A stretch of 57,952 nucleotides of DNA from positions 1 to 57,952 of IMG/VR virus record IMGVR_UViG_3300005099_000473; one strand, given 5' to 3'. The DNA comes from a virus (taxonomy: Duplodnaviria > Caudoviricetes). Below are positions 44,654 through 54,890 of the stretch, one piece after another. The notes under the pieces are model-generated. The model did no database searches and was not told the origin of the DNA. It worked only from the letters and a program-made list of their open reading frames with translations. The position numbers were made by a program, and so were the translations under genes. How positions within the stretch are numbered: position 1 is the stretch's first letter; every line of letters starts with the position of its first letter.

Positions 44654-46776
44654 ATGAGAAAAGTAAGAAAAATTGGGAAAGGCAGGAAGAAAGTCAAAGT
44701 GGAGATTTTATTAAGTCCTGATGGAGGATACGAAGTGTACGTGGAAGGGAACAGGGTAATGAACGAGTATATTGAGAATGAAATTGTATGGCTTGTTAAG
44801 GAAAGTAATGAAGGAAAGCCCTATTTTGACTGAGGAGGGGGAAAAAGAAATGAAAGTCAGGAAGATTAAGAAGGATGGTTGGGTTGGCAAGGAAGTTATG
44901 ATTGTCAAGCCCTATAAGAGGTTTAGTAATTTTAAGAAGGCAGTCAAACAGGCAGTCAGAGCAGTTTTTGATGGTTATGATGATTTATTGTGGATTGTGG
45001 TTAGTGCTTTTGATTTGGGCTATAGAAGGGTAGGCGAGGAAAGTCAAGTATTGAGTTTGTCCAATGATGCAATTAAGGAGTTTAAAGGGATGGGTGAAAT
45101 GACACTTGGGGAAGTTATTGATAAGTTTGGTGAAGTCAGTTTCAGTTGGGGAGGTAAGGATTGGAAACAGGGAATAGATGTAAAGTTTGATGACTTGTCC
45201 AGTAGGATTTATGTGTATGACATGTGGAGGGATGAAGAATGAAGGAGATAAGAGGAAAGAAGTATAAGGTTGGATGGATAGTTTGGGACTGTATTGCCCA
45301 GAAGCCAGCAACAGGGATTTTTGAATTTAAGAAAACTGCCCAGAAATGGATAAATGACTGTTTTGACGAGGAAATGAAAAGCACGTTTCAGGTTGTAAAG
45401 GTGTTATTGGAGGTATGAAGAATGAAGTTTGTAGTATTGTTTAGAAAAGGAGGAAGTCTCTTTAAGAAGGTTGTAAAGGCGAATGGCTATAAGAGTGCGG
45501 AGTGTAAGATTGAAGGAAAGATAATATTGATAAGGAGGGTTGAGGCATGAAATGTTTTGTTCAGGTCGGAAATAAGAAGGTGGAAGTACCGGATTGGCTC
45601 TTGGATAGTATGCTCGACATGGGAATTGAACTTTTGGAGAATGAGATTGAAGAGGGAAAAGATTTTGGTAAGTTAAGAAAAGCTCTCAGTGAGTTAAGGA
45701 GGGTTTTGAATGAATGAAGTTCAGGAATTGTATTTGGAACTGGTCAAGAAGTCAAGGGTTGGGGAAGTAGTTGCCAAGGATTTGTTAAAGCACAAAGACC
45801 TTTGGGATTCAGTGTTTATGATGCCGACTGGAGTAACGCTCAGGGACATTCCAAAGGGCATTAATAATGTGGACACGTTGTACATACTGACTGACAAAAA
45901 GAGACTGCCCAAGTTAAAGGAAGTGGCAAAGGAATGGGATTATGACCTGTTTGAAGTAATTGAAGACATAGAGGCTTTATTGTTTCTGGGTCAGTCAACA
46001 GAGGATGAGGTTGTTGTAGTAATATGGTGGGATTGACCATGAATGAGGTAGTCAGTATTAAGTTGATTGTAGATGAGTTAGTAAAACTGGCATTTGATGA
46101 AGAATACAGTAAAGCAAGGAGTGTTGCATTCAAGGTTGTAATGGGATATAGGGTCAGTAAGGATGAGATTGAACAGGCCTTCAGTTACTTATGGCAGTTA
46201 AAGGGTAGGCTCACAGGATACAAGTTAAGGTTAGAGTCATTGACTTATGATAAGGGACTGTCAAAGTATGTCAGGAGAAATGCAGTTAGGTTAAAGTCAG
46301 ATGTAGAATTGGAGATTTTGGATATTGATGACTACTTGGAGATGCTCAGAAATGAATGAGATAGTAAGCACAGTATTATTGACGTTGTTTGTAATGAGTC
46401 CAGCAATAGTGTTAGAATTAGTTTGTGATTATGTTATGTGGAAAGAAAGGAGGTGTAGAAATTGAATGTTTTTGAACTCTGGGGTATAATTGGGAATGCA
46501 ACTATTGAGGAGGAAATTGTCAATGAGGAGGGAGAGTTCAGGAGTAATGACCATTGGGCAGTAGTAAGAACAAGAAATTATGTGGTTAGTGTAATTTGGC
46601 AGACTTTTGACAAGGCAATATTGGCAGTGGGTAAGAAAGGTGATGAATTGCCAATAGTCGTTTATGAACTGTTCAAATATGGAGAGTTAGAGGAAGTTAA
46701 GGAGCTGGTTTCTGGGCGAGTGAATATTGGGGAAGTAATTAATGAGGTCAAGGGGGTTTTGAATGGTAATTGTTAA
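44654..46776 (+). other. Cluster of small hypothetical, probably early genes (44654-44833, 44850-45242, 45239-45418, 45422-45550, 45547-45717, 45710-46036, 46024-46359, 46462-46776)
   Basis: Contiguous + strand ORFs with RBS and overlapping stop/start codons. The first two share a M(R)KVRKI N-terminus. Confidence 0.5.
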
Positions 46777-49700
46777 AACTGACTACTTAAGTCATTGGCG
46801 ATACAATAAGGAGAAGGATACTAACTTGTTATATGTTGGTTATGTATGGAAGAAAGCCCGTAATGGGTTCTGGATACCGCACAGTAAGAGTATAAGACTC
46901 AGTTCAATAGAGTTTTACAGGGAGTTTAGCCTCAAGATATTAAGACCACAAGTTTTGGTAACTATTAGGGAATTAATGGAATTGGACAAGGATGAAGTAC
47001 TGTATATTGTATGTGATGAAAAGGAAGAGAATGGCTGTTCAAGGCAGTATTATGCGAATTATTTTGACAACATATTGAACACAAGAAAATTAACTGGGGA
47101 TGCGGAAAGGCTAATAAAGAAAATGACAGAACTCAAGGAAAAGAGTAATGGAAGGCATGCGTTTGTTGTGGTTGGTAATAGGGTTGTGGTTAAGGATTAT
47201 GAGACTAAGAAGATTGCAGAGTATAAGGTTGTAGGTAGTAAGATTTACAAGCTTTATGATTGGGGGTTAAGTGAGGAAGAATTGGTAAACATTTTATTGG
47301 ATTTACTGGTGGGTTGAAATGGACGGTATTGATGATTATGTCTGGATTTATAATAGGGCATTGACTGATGAAGAGATTTATGGAATGTACAGTAAGTTTT
47401 GTATGGACTTTTGGCAGGTTGGAACTCAGGTCAGGGACGGCATAAAGGCAGAGCTAATAGAATTGTTTGTAAAGAAGTTAGACCACAGGGGTTTGAGAAT
47501 TGGAAAGTTCAGGGTGGTTAAGGTTCTTGGCGATATTTATTGGATGACTGAGAATTATGGAATGACTGAATTAGTAATGACAATGAGGATTGACATTGTA
47601 AAGACAAAAAAGAAGAAAATGGCAATAATTAATGTGGCTTATGTTAATGGATATAGGGTGGCAAAGTTATTGGAGACAGTTCCAGGTTTGATAATGGAGA
47701 AGGTAGTAGATATAATAATTGATTCTGCGGTTGAACAGGTGGTTTGAGTTGCTAAGTCAGTTAGATGAAATACTGGCTGAGTTTAGGAAGAATGCGGTTT
47801 ATGTTGAAGTAACTAGTGGGGAAATGGAGTTAATTAGGCTGTTAATGAGTAAGTTATCAAATGGAGAACCAAGAAGGTTTGGTAGGGATGTCTGTATGAA
47901 ATGGAGGAACCAAATTATAATAATGTATGGCCATAAGGCTGATATTGTATTGGTGGAGGATGGTAAGTTGTATATAGTGCCGTTAGCATATAGTGTTCAG
48001 GAGATAAAGGAAAAGTTAATTGATTATGCCCTGGAAGTTATTAGGGGGTGATGTGGAATGGACTGGATGAGGATGAGAATGGAGGAGGTTTTAGGGAATT
48101 TTAATGGTAAATGGGATTATGGTATTCAGGTCAGGAATGAAATGGAAATTGAATTACTGGAGTTATTCAAGGAAGGTGTGGATGGTTATGGTAATGATTG
48201 GTATAGATTTAAGCGGGTTGGCGAAAATATTGGATTGTTCTTTAAGTTCGGTTATAATCCAGTATTGATAATGCGGATTAATATTGTGAATACAGGAAAA
48301 AAGAAGGTTGCAGTATTGAACATTAAGATGATTGACATAAGGTATGACATTGGCAATATAAAGAGGTTTCTTAATAGTTTAATTGACTGGATTATTGAAA
48401 ACATGGTGGTGAAAGGTGACTAAATGGGACAAGGAAATCCAAATTAAGGACAGTGTGGAGGTTGAGATATTGGAGATGTTTTTCAGTAAGTTAGAGAAAA
48501 GAAGAATGGTTGTTGGTAGAAGTAAAGAAGTAAAGAAGTTGTTCGATGTGGATTACTTGGGTTTTGAAGAGAATTTTGGTATTGTGGATGTGTTTGCCCG
48601 TTGTGAGTATTCATGGTTATGGTTTCCGTTGTTTAGAATAATGTTAAAGGATGATAAGTTAAGAATAAAGAAGTATGGTGATTATGATGTAAAGGATAAG
48701 GAATTATTGGAGTGTTTACTTGAAATGGCAATAGAAGTGGCATTATAGTTTTATACATTATGGATTTATGGAGGTAAGGAAATGAGGAATGTTAAGGAGT
48801 TTGTAAGGTCAATGAGTTGGGTTATAGGACTGTTAGTAGTTCTGGTATGTACTGTAATGTCATGTTTTGTGGGATGGTATGTGTTTGTGTTTAATTTGAT
48901 GATTTTCATAGTTACTTTGGTGTTTGTTAAGAAAATGTTAGGCGGTTTGAGGATTATTGTGTTCAGGTATGATAATGCGGATGAGGTGTATGACTTTATT
49001 GAAGTAGGAAGTAAAAAGGAAATGTGGGCAGGTGCTTGGCATTTAGGAACTGATTGTAATGGTAAGCCGTATGTTGTTTATGACATGTTTTATGTTGATA
49101 AAACAATAGGAGAAATGTATGTTTACAATATAATGTCATTTGGAGGTTGGTTAGTATTTTGGACTTTGGACGGTAATAAAGCAGCCGAAGTAATGAAGAA
49201 TAATTTAAGTGATTTATTGAATAAGATTCTGGAGGTGATAGTATTATAGGGAAAGGATTTGGTTATGCCAGTGCAAGTACAGTAGTTAGGGATGAGAAGG
49301 TAATTGAGTTATTGAAGTTAGTAGCTAAGGCTGTTAGTGAAAAGGAGTATATAATGTATGGTAGTATTAAGTTAGTAAATGTTTGTATGGCAGGTCAGCA
49401 GATAATCAGGTGGAAAGTCAAAGGGTATAATGTGATGGATATGCAGATTGAAGCTCTTAATGATGGTTCTGTGATTGTCAAAATTGAAGGATTGTTCAGT
49501 AATGTGAATGAAGCTCAGGAGTATGTTAAGAGGTTTATAGAGATTATGGAGGATATTGCAATAAATGTGATTGTGGGAGGTTGAGGAATGGCCGGTAAAC
49601 CATTATTAATTACTGATACTGAGGTTGATATGTTGGAGTTGTTTTTAGAGAAGTTACGTCAAAAGCAGGTGATATGGCATGGGAACTACATGTTTATATT

Positions 49701-50301
49701 TAGTGGTTTGAGTAAGATACTGATTATGTATATATGTAGTTCTGAGTGTAATGCGAATAATGTCGCAAGTCCAGATGTTGTTGCTAATATTAAATTTGAG
49801 ATTGTTCCAGCTCAAGTAATCGGAAAGGAAAAGGCTAAGTTGATTATAATAAAGGAGATTCAGTTACAGTGGCCGTATTATGTTTTCTTTAAGGATAGTT
49901 TAGAGCCTACGAAAGAGTTTTTGCCAGGGAGAGTTATGGAAGTTATTCAGGAAATAGTTCTGGATATATTAGTGGAGGAATGAGAGATGAAAGAAATAAA
50001 GTTTACAGGTGTAAGACTTGAATTGTTTGATTTGTTTTTGAGAATGTTAAAAAATGAATGGTATTTGAGTTTAGGGAATTATACTTTTGCGCTTGCGGAA
50101 AATAGATTGCTTGTTATGTTATGGAATGGCAATATGGTGCTTGGTCAGCTTGAGTTTGATATTGTCCCAGTTGGTAAAGAGAATGTGGTTGCGAAAGTAT
50201 TAGTATTAAAGAAAAAGGTTAGTTATGGGAGATTTAATATTGAAGATATGATAAAGACAATTGAAGAGTTTGCTTTGGATAATTTAACAAAAAACTTTTA
50301 A
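46763..50301 (+). other. Tandem array of about 8-9 divergent paralogous small genes (46763-47317, 47319-47747, 47719-48051, 48058-48423, 48416-48748, 48782-49249, about 49246-49584, 49588-49983, 49987-50301)
   Basis: Shared N-terminal E-L/I-L/I-E-L-F helix and C-terminal amphipathic helix; pairwise matches such as MRIDIVKTKKKKMAIINV / MRINIVNTGKKKVAVLNI and GNYMF..FEIVP / GNYTF..FDIVP. Confidence 0.6.
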
Positions 50302-50303
50302 AG
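50286..50303 (+). promoter_or_regulatory. Conserved 18-bp viral promoter element, copy 2
   Basis: AACAAAAAACTTTTAAAG, identical to 44591-44608. Confidence 0.7.
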
Positions 50304-50330
50304 ATTAAATTCGAAAAACAAAATGGAGGG

Positions 50331-50920
50331 ATGTTAGGGATGTCTGACCCGTATATGGAGATTGATATTAATGACAGTAGGTTTGAGGATTTAGTTTGGG
50401 AATGGTTACAGAAAGAATGTAATGCGAAAATGGTGTTATATTCACTTATGGACGAATACTGGGAAGATGTTGAGAATGAAGTAGTTAGTGTAATTAGGGG
50501 TAATTTTGATGATTATGCAAGTTTTGAGTTCAGTAAGGAGATTAATAAATATGTTACTGACAATATTGGTTTTATTATGGAAGATATAAAGAGAAGTAAT
50601 AAAGTGTTATATAAGGAATTTTTGGAAAAGGTATTGGAATTGGAGTATGAGAAAGTTCTGGAGTTTGTATTGAACAAGATTAGTGGAGGTAGGTAAAGAT
50701 GTTGTATGAGATTGATAGGGAAATTGTAATGGCGTTTGCTGATAGGATTGGCAATGGGATGTGGATAGTGTATGGTAAGGAGGCTAGTGTTGGATATGTA
50801 ATGATGTTTGATACTAAGGAAGACAAGTTTACGTTTATAGTTGTTGAAAGTTCAGAAGATGTCGATAAGCTAATAAAAGGATTTGAAAAATTAAAGGAGA
50901 GAATGGAGGTAAATGAATGA
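50331..50920 (+). other. Two hypothetical genes (50331-50696, 50699-50920)
   Basis: ORFs with RBS downstream of promoter copy 2. Confidence 0.5.
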
Positions 50921-51453
50921 TTGTATATAGAATAATGTCAGAAAAAGAGTATATGAACTGGAAAAATAATGGCGTTAGGGGATTGTTTAGTAAAAATGGG
51001 AGGACAAAAAGGATGGTTTGGTTTGCAACTGACATTGCGTACATTGGGACAATATTAATGAGGAAGGTGTATAATAATAGGCCAGTTGGGGAAGCATACA
51101 CTAAGGTTGTAATGTTTGATTTAACGTTAAGTCAGGAGGTTGAAGTAAAGTTAAAGCCGGAGAATGGGTTTGTGAATATTGGAATTAAGGCAAAATACAT
51201 GGATATGGTAAAGTTAAAGGAATTAGGATGTTGTGAAATTGATTTTCATATAAAGTTGTGTTTGAAAAGGGAAATTAGGCCGTTAATGTATTATTGGAAT
51301 AGGGAAGGTAAGGGTCTGGAAGTGGTAAGGAAGAAAGATGTTAAGAATTTGATTTGGAATGGTAATTTGAGGAAAAGGGCATGGTTTATGAGGGCAGATG
51401 TGTATGGGCTGTATATGAAAATGATTAACGAAAAGGTGATAGATTATGGTTGA
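50917..51453 (+). CDS. Hypothetical protein with a possible ADP-ribosyltransferase-like N-terminus
   Basis: MIVYRIMSEKEY...G.F.......WFATD resembles the YR.MS..E / WF pattern of small ART-fold toxins; weak match. Confidence 0.4.
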   Translation: MIVYRIMSEKEYMNWKNNGVRGLFSKNGRTKRMVWFATDIAYIGTILMRKVYNNRPVGEAYTKVVMFDLTLSQEVEVKLKPENGFVNIGIKAKYMDMVKLKELGCCEIDFHIKLCLKREIRPLMYYWNREGKGLEVVRKKDVKNLIWNGNLRKRAWFMRADVYGLYMKMINEKVIDYG

Positions 51454-54065
51454 AATTGGCAATAGAGTATATTGGGTTGAGTTTGACAAAGTCCGAAGTG
51501 GAGTTATTGTTAAAAAGAGTTGGTTAAGGAAGAAAGTGTGGATTAAAACTGATGATTCTGATTTTGTTTTTGAAGTTCCAGCAAGTAGCATAGAATATAG
51601 ATATTTTACAACGAAAGAAGATGCAATTAAGAAGATAATTGAGATATTGAAGAATGAACTGTTTTTTGCAGAGCACGAATGCGAAAGAATTCAAGGAATT
51701 AAGGAAGCAATTTCATATTGGAAAATGAAATTAAAGGAGTGTGATGACCGTGGCTGAAGATAAAATTATTGTCTTGAAGGAAGGAGAACACATCTACGTA
51801 GAGATAGATAACCCATATCGCCAGACAAAGAAGGTATATCGCATCGAGAACGTCGAAGGAAAGTTAGAGTATGTCGAAGTTGGGAAAGTCAGAAAGTTGT
51901 AAAACAGGAGCGTAATGAAAAATGTTTAAGGGGTTAGAGCAGTATATTTGGGGTTTGTATAATTATTTTGATAAGAAGAGGAAAAGGAAGTTTACAAGAA
52001 TCAAAGAGTATTGGTTGGAAATTGAGTATTATGACAATGGTGGGGCATGGATTGGAATGGGGAAAGATGTAATATTGTTAGAGGTTTTGGTTAGTAAGGA
52101 TAAGATTGAGTATGTTTGTATTAGTGATTGGGAGAAGTTTAAGGAGATGTATAAAGAAACCAGGAAGGAGGTATGGGATTGAGTATGTATAAGTTAAAGT
52201 ATTCGTTAGATGAAGTTGAGAAAATGATAAATGAATGGGAAGTAAGAGGTTGGAGTATGTATGTAGTTTATGTTCAATTGGTTTTGGCTGAGGCAGAAAT
52301 TAAAGGGAAAGATATATACCTTGCAGAAGATACAGCAAATGAGTTGGAAGAATTTCTTAAAAGTATTGAAATTATGAGGTGATGAATATGGCTAATGCGG
52401 TAATAAAGGATATGTTTAAGATTGGTAAGTTTAGGATTGAGGTTAAGTATAATGTGATTGATGATACATGGAGGTTTGGTTTTATTCCGACGGAAGAGTA
52501 TGAGTTTAAGGGGGATGATGGTAGGAGAGTGTATTACATGTTGTGGAGAATGGAGTGCCTACAAGATGAAATTGAAAAATTGTATAGTGAGATTGAAGAA
52601 GTAAGAAAAAATAATGAAAGGGAGTGGTAAGAATGGCGGTAAGATGTTGGAGAAGGAATTGTAAGTTTAATAAAGGAGGTTGGTGCGAATTAACTTATTG
52701 GGAGATTGATGAGGATGGCGTATGTACTGAGTTTGAACCTAAGCCAAATGATGTAATAATGGTTAGAGAAGTGCCATATAAAGAAGCAAAAAGAATGGTA
52801 ATGGACTATATTGCTAAAAAGATTGGTGAAGTGATATGGTCAGATGAGATTGCAGATAAATTGCGATTGCCGTATGAGCAGGTTCATATGATAATTTTAG
52901 ACCTTATTGATGAAGGAAAAATTGAAATTGTTAGGGGTGAAATGAAATGAAGGAGAATGAATTATTGTGTTTTGTGTTGAAGGAGGATGGAATTTGGGTT
53001 AGAACAAATATGGTAGAAATATTGAATATGGACAGTAAAGATTTTTATGAATTATTGGAGAATATTGAATATGCAAAGTTTAGGCTTATGAGGTTAAGGT
53101 TTTCAAAAGAAAATGAAAGTGTTGGCAAATGCTTTAAAGTTCAGAGGAAATGAGAATGTTAATGTCAAGTGAGGTGAAGAAAAAATGGTTGGAATAAGTG
53201 GAATTAAAGACAGGCAAATTCAGTTGTTTAAGGATAAGTATGGTAATGATGTTATTGTGTTTGGTGGTTGGGAGAACTGGGAGAAATATTATGAGAAATA
53301 TTTAGACCAGAAGTTATTTCCGAATGAACAATGGCAGTGGAAACAGAATTATCCAGAATTAGTAGTTGAAGATTTAGTTGAAATATTTGGAACTTCATTG
53401 TACGATTGGTGGAGTGAAGAAGATATAAGAGATATAGGATATGCAGAATTGTTAAAGAGAGGAGTGAACAAGTGGTTGTTTGTTAGGTATATGCTAATAA
53501 GATACAAGAAGTTAGTTGCAGACTGGAGGAATGGTGCATGGGATAGGTATATAAGATGGAAAAGTTTATATGATATGGCATATCCGAGAAGATTTGAAAT
53601 GTCAGCTAATGAATGGGGAAGAATTAATTATATGAAGGGATACTGGAAAGGATATTATGACGCAATGCGAAAAGTTAGGGCAGACTTGAAAACGTTATGT
53701 TGCAGTCCGAGGTATGTAGTGTGGAATGGTTCAAGACCTGGTTTTGTTGTAGATAAAAAGGTTAGTAAAGGTTGGTTGAGGTTAATTCAGGAATTGTATG
53801 ATGTAAGGTTTGAAAAATGAGGTGAGGTAGAATGAGAAGACAGCCAGTAGTAATTAGGGATTATGGTGATAAGTTGATTGTACCATATGAGGATTACTTT
53901 ACAGTAGTTGATAAGGTTGTAATTATTTTGGATGATAATAGGAAGATTGAAATTGTAAATGGTGGTATAACGAAAGTAAAATTAATGGATAAGAGTAAGA
54001 AAAGTCCAGATGTTAAATTGATTTCGGATGGTAATATTGTTCATTTGTTTTTTAAGAATGAGTAA
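51446..54065 (+). other. Run of small hypothetical genes (51446-51757, 51750-51902, 51922-52182, 52173-52382, 52379-52630, 52624-52950 Cys motif plus wHTH, 52947-53153, 53185-53820 Trp/Tyr-rich, 53832-54065)
   Basis: Contiguous ORFs with RBS. 52624-52950 has C....C.FN..G.C...C followed by SDEIADKLRLPYEQV...L..EGKI. Confidence 0.5.
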
Positions 54066-54081
54066 CAAAAGACTTTTAAAG
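54064..54081 (+). promoter_or_regulatory. Conserved 18-bp viral promoter element, copy 3 (one mismatch)
   Basis: AACAAAAGACTTTTAAAG. Confidence 0.68.
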
Positions 54082-54106
54082 ATTGAAACGAATTTACAAA
54101 TGAGAG

Positions 54107-54502
54107 GTGGTGTTAAATATGGGATTAAGGGGAAGGTTGGTATGTCCAGATTGTGGAAAGGTAATGATTGTAGTAAAGAATGGAGTTGTAGTTAGAATGG
54201 GAGGATACAGTGGGTATTTTAAGGCAGATTTGTTTCAATGCCCAAAATGTGGAAAGCAGATTTTGGCTGGATTTGGGTCAGAGTTTTTTGAGTATGATGG
54301 AAAGGTTGATTATAACTTTAAGGAGGGAAGAAAAATGAGAGGTTTGAATGAGGTAATGGTGTTTATGACTTTTAGGAAGATTGGTGGTAAGTGTCCGTTT
54401 TGTGGCAAGCAGTTAATGAAGGGTCAGAATGGGTTTTACTGTAGTTGCGCAAAGTGGAATTCAGTGCAGGAGGAAGCATATAGAGAGGGTCTGATAGACT
54501 GA
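54107..54502 (+). CDS. Zinc-ribbon protein
   Basis: CPDCG, CPKCG, CPFCG...CSC. Confidence 0.6.
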   Translation: MVLNMGLRGRLVCPDCGKVMIVVKNGVVVRMGGYSGYFKADLFQCPKCGKQILAGFGSEFFEYDGKVDYNFKEGRKMRGLNEVMVFMTFRKIGGKCPFCGKQLMKGQNGFYCSCAKWNSVQEEAYREGLID

Positions 54503-54513
54503 GGTGAGGAATA

Positions 54514-54837
54514 ATGTTAGGTTTGTTTAAAAGAAAAAAGATAAAGTTTAAGCATGATGAAAGGTGTATGAATGTAGCTTTGGGAATAAGTAATGAACGT
54601 GCAATTGAGTTAGCAAAATTGGTTAGTCTTGAATGGAGTAATTTTGTAAATAGTAATGATATGAGAATAAGTCAGGTTTTAGAGAATAGTTTAAGGCATG
54701 CAAAGAATGATGCTGAAGTAGTTTATGTTTCGTTTGTAATTGGACAGTTATCAGAAAATTATCGAATTGGAATAGAAATATTAAGTGCGGTTGCGGAGAA
54801 TATTAATAATGTAGAGACTGATAGAGGAATTGGGTAA
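54514..54837 (+). CDS. Hypothetical protein
   Basis: 107-aa ORF with RBS GAGGTGA. Confidence 0.5.
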   Translation: MLGLFKRKKIKFKHDERCMNVALGISNERAIELAKLVSLEWSNFVNSNDMRISQVLENSLRHAKNDAEVVYVSFVIGQLSENYRIGIEILSAVAENINNVETDRGIG

Positions 54838-54839
54838 AA

Positions 54840-54857
54840 AACAAAAAACTTTTAAAG
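54840..54857 (+). promoter_or_regulatory. Conserved 18-bp viral promoter element, copy 4
   Basis: AACAAAAAACTTTTAAAG, identical to copies 1 and 2. Confidence 0.7.
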
Positions 54858-54890
54858 TATGAATTCCAAAAGTATATTGAGGTGGTTTGA

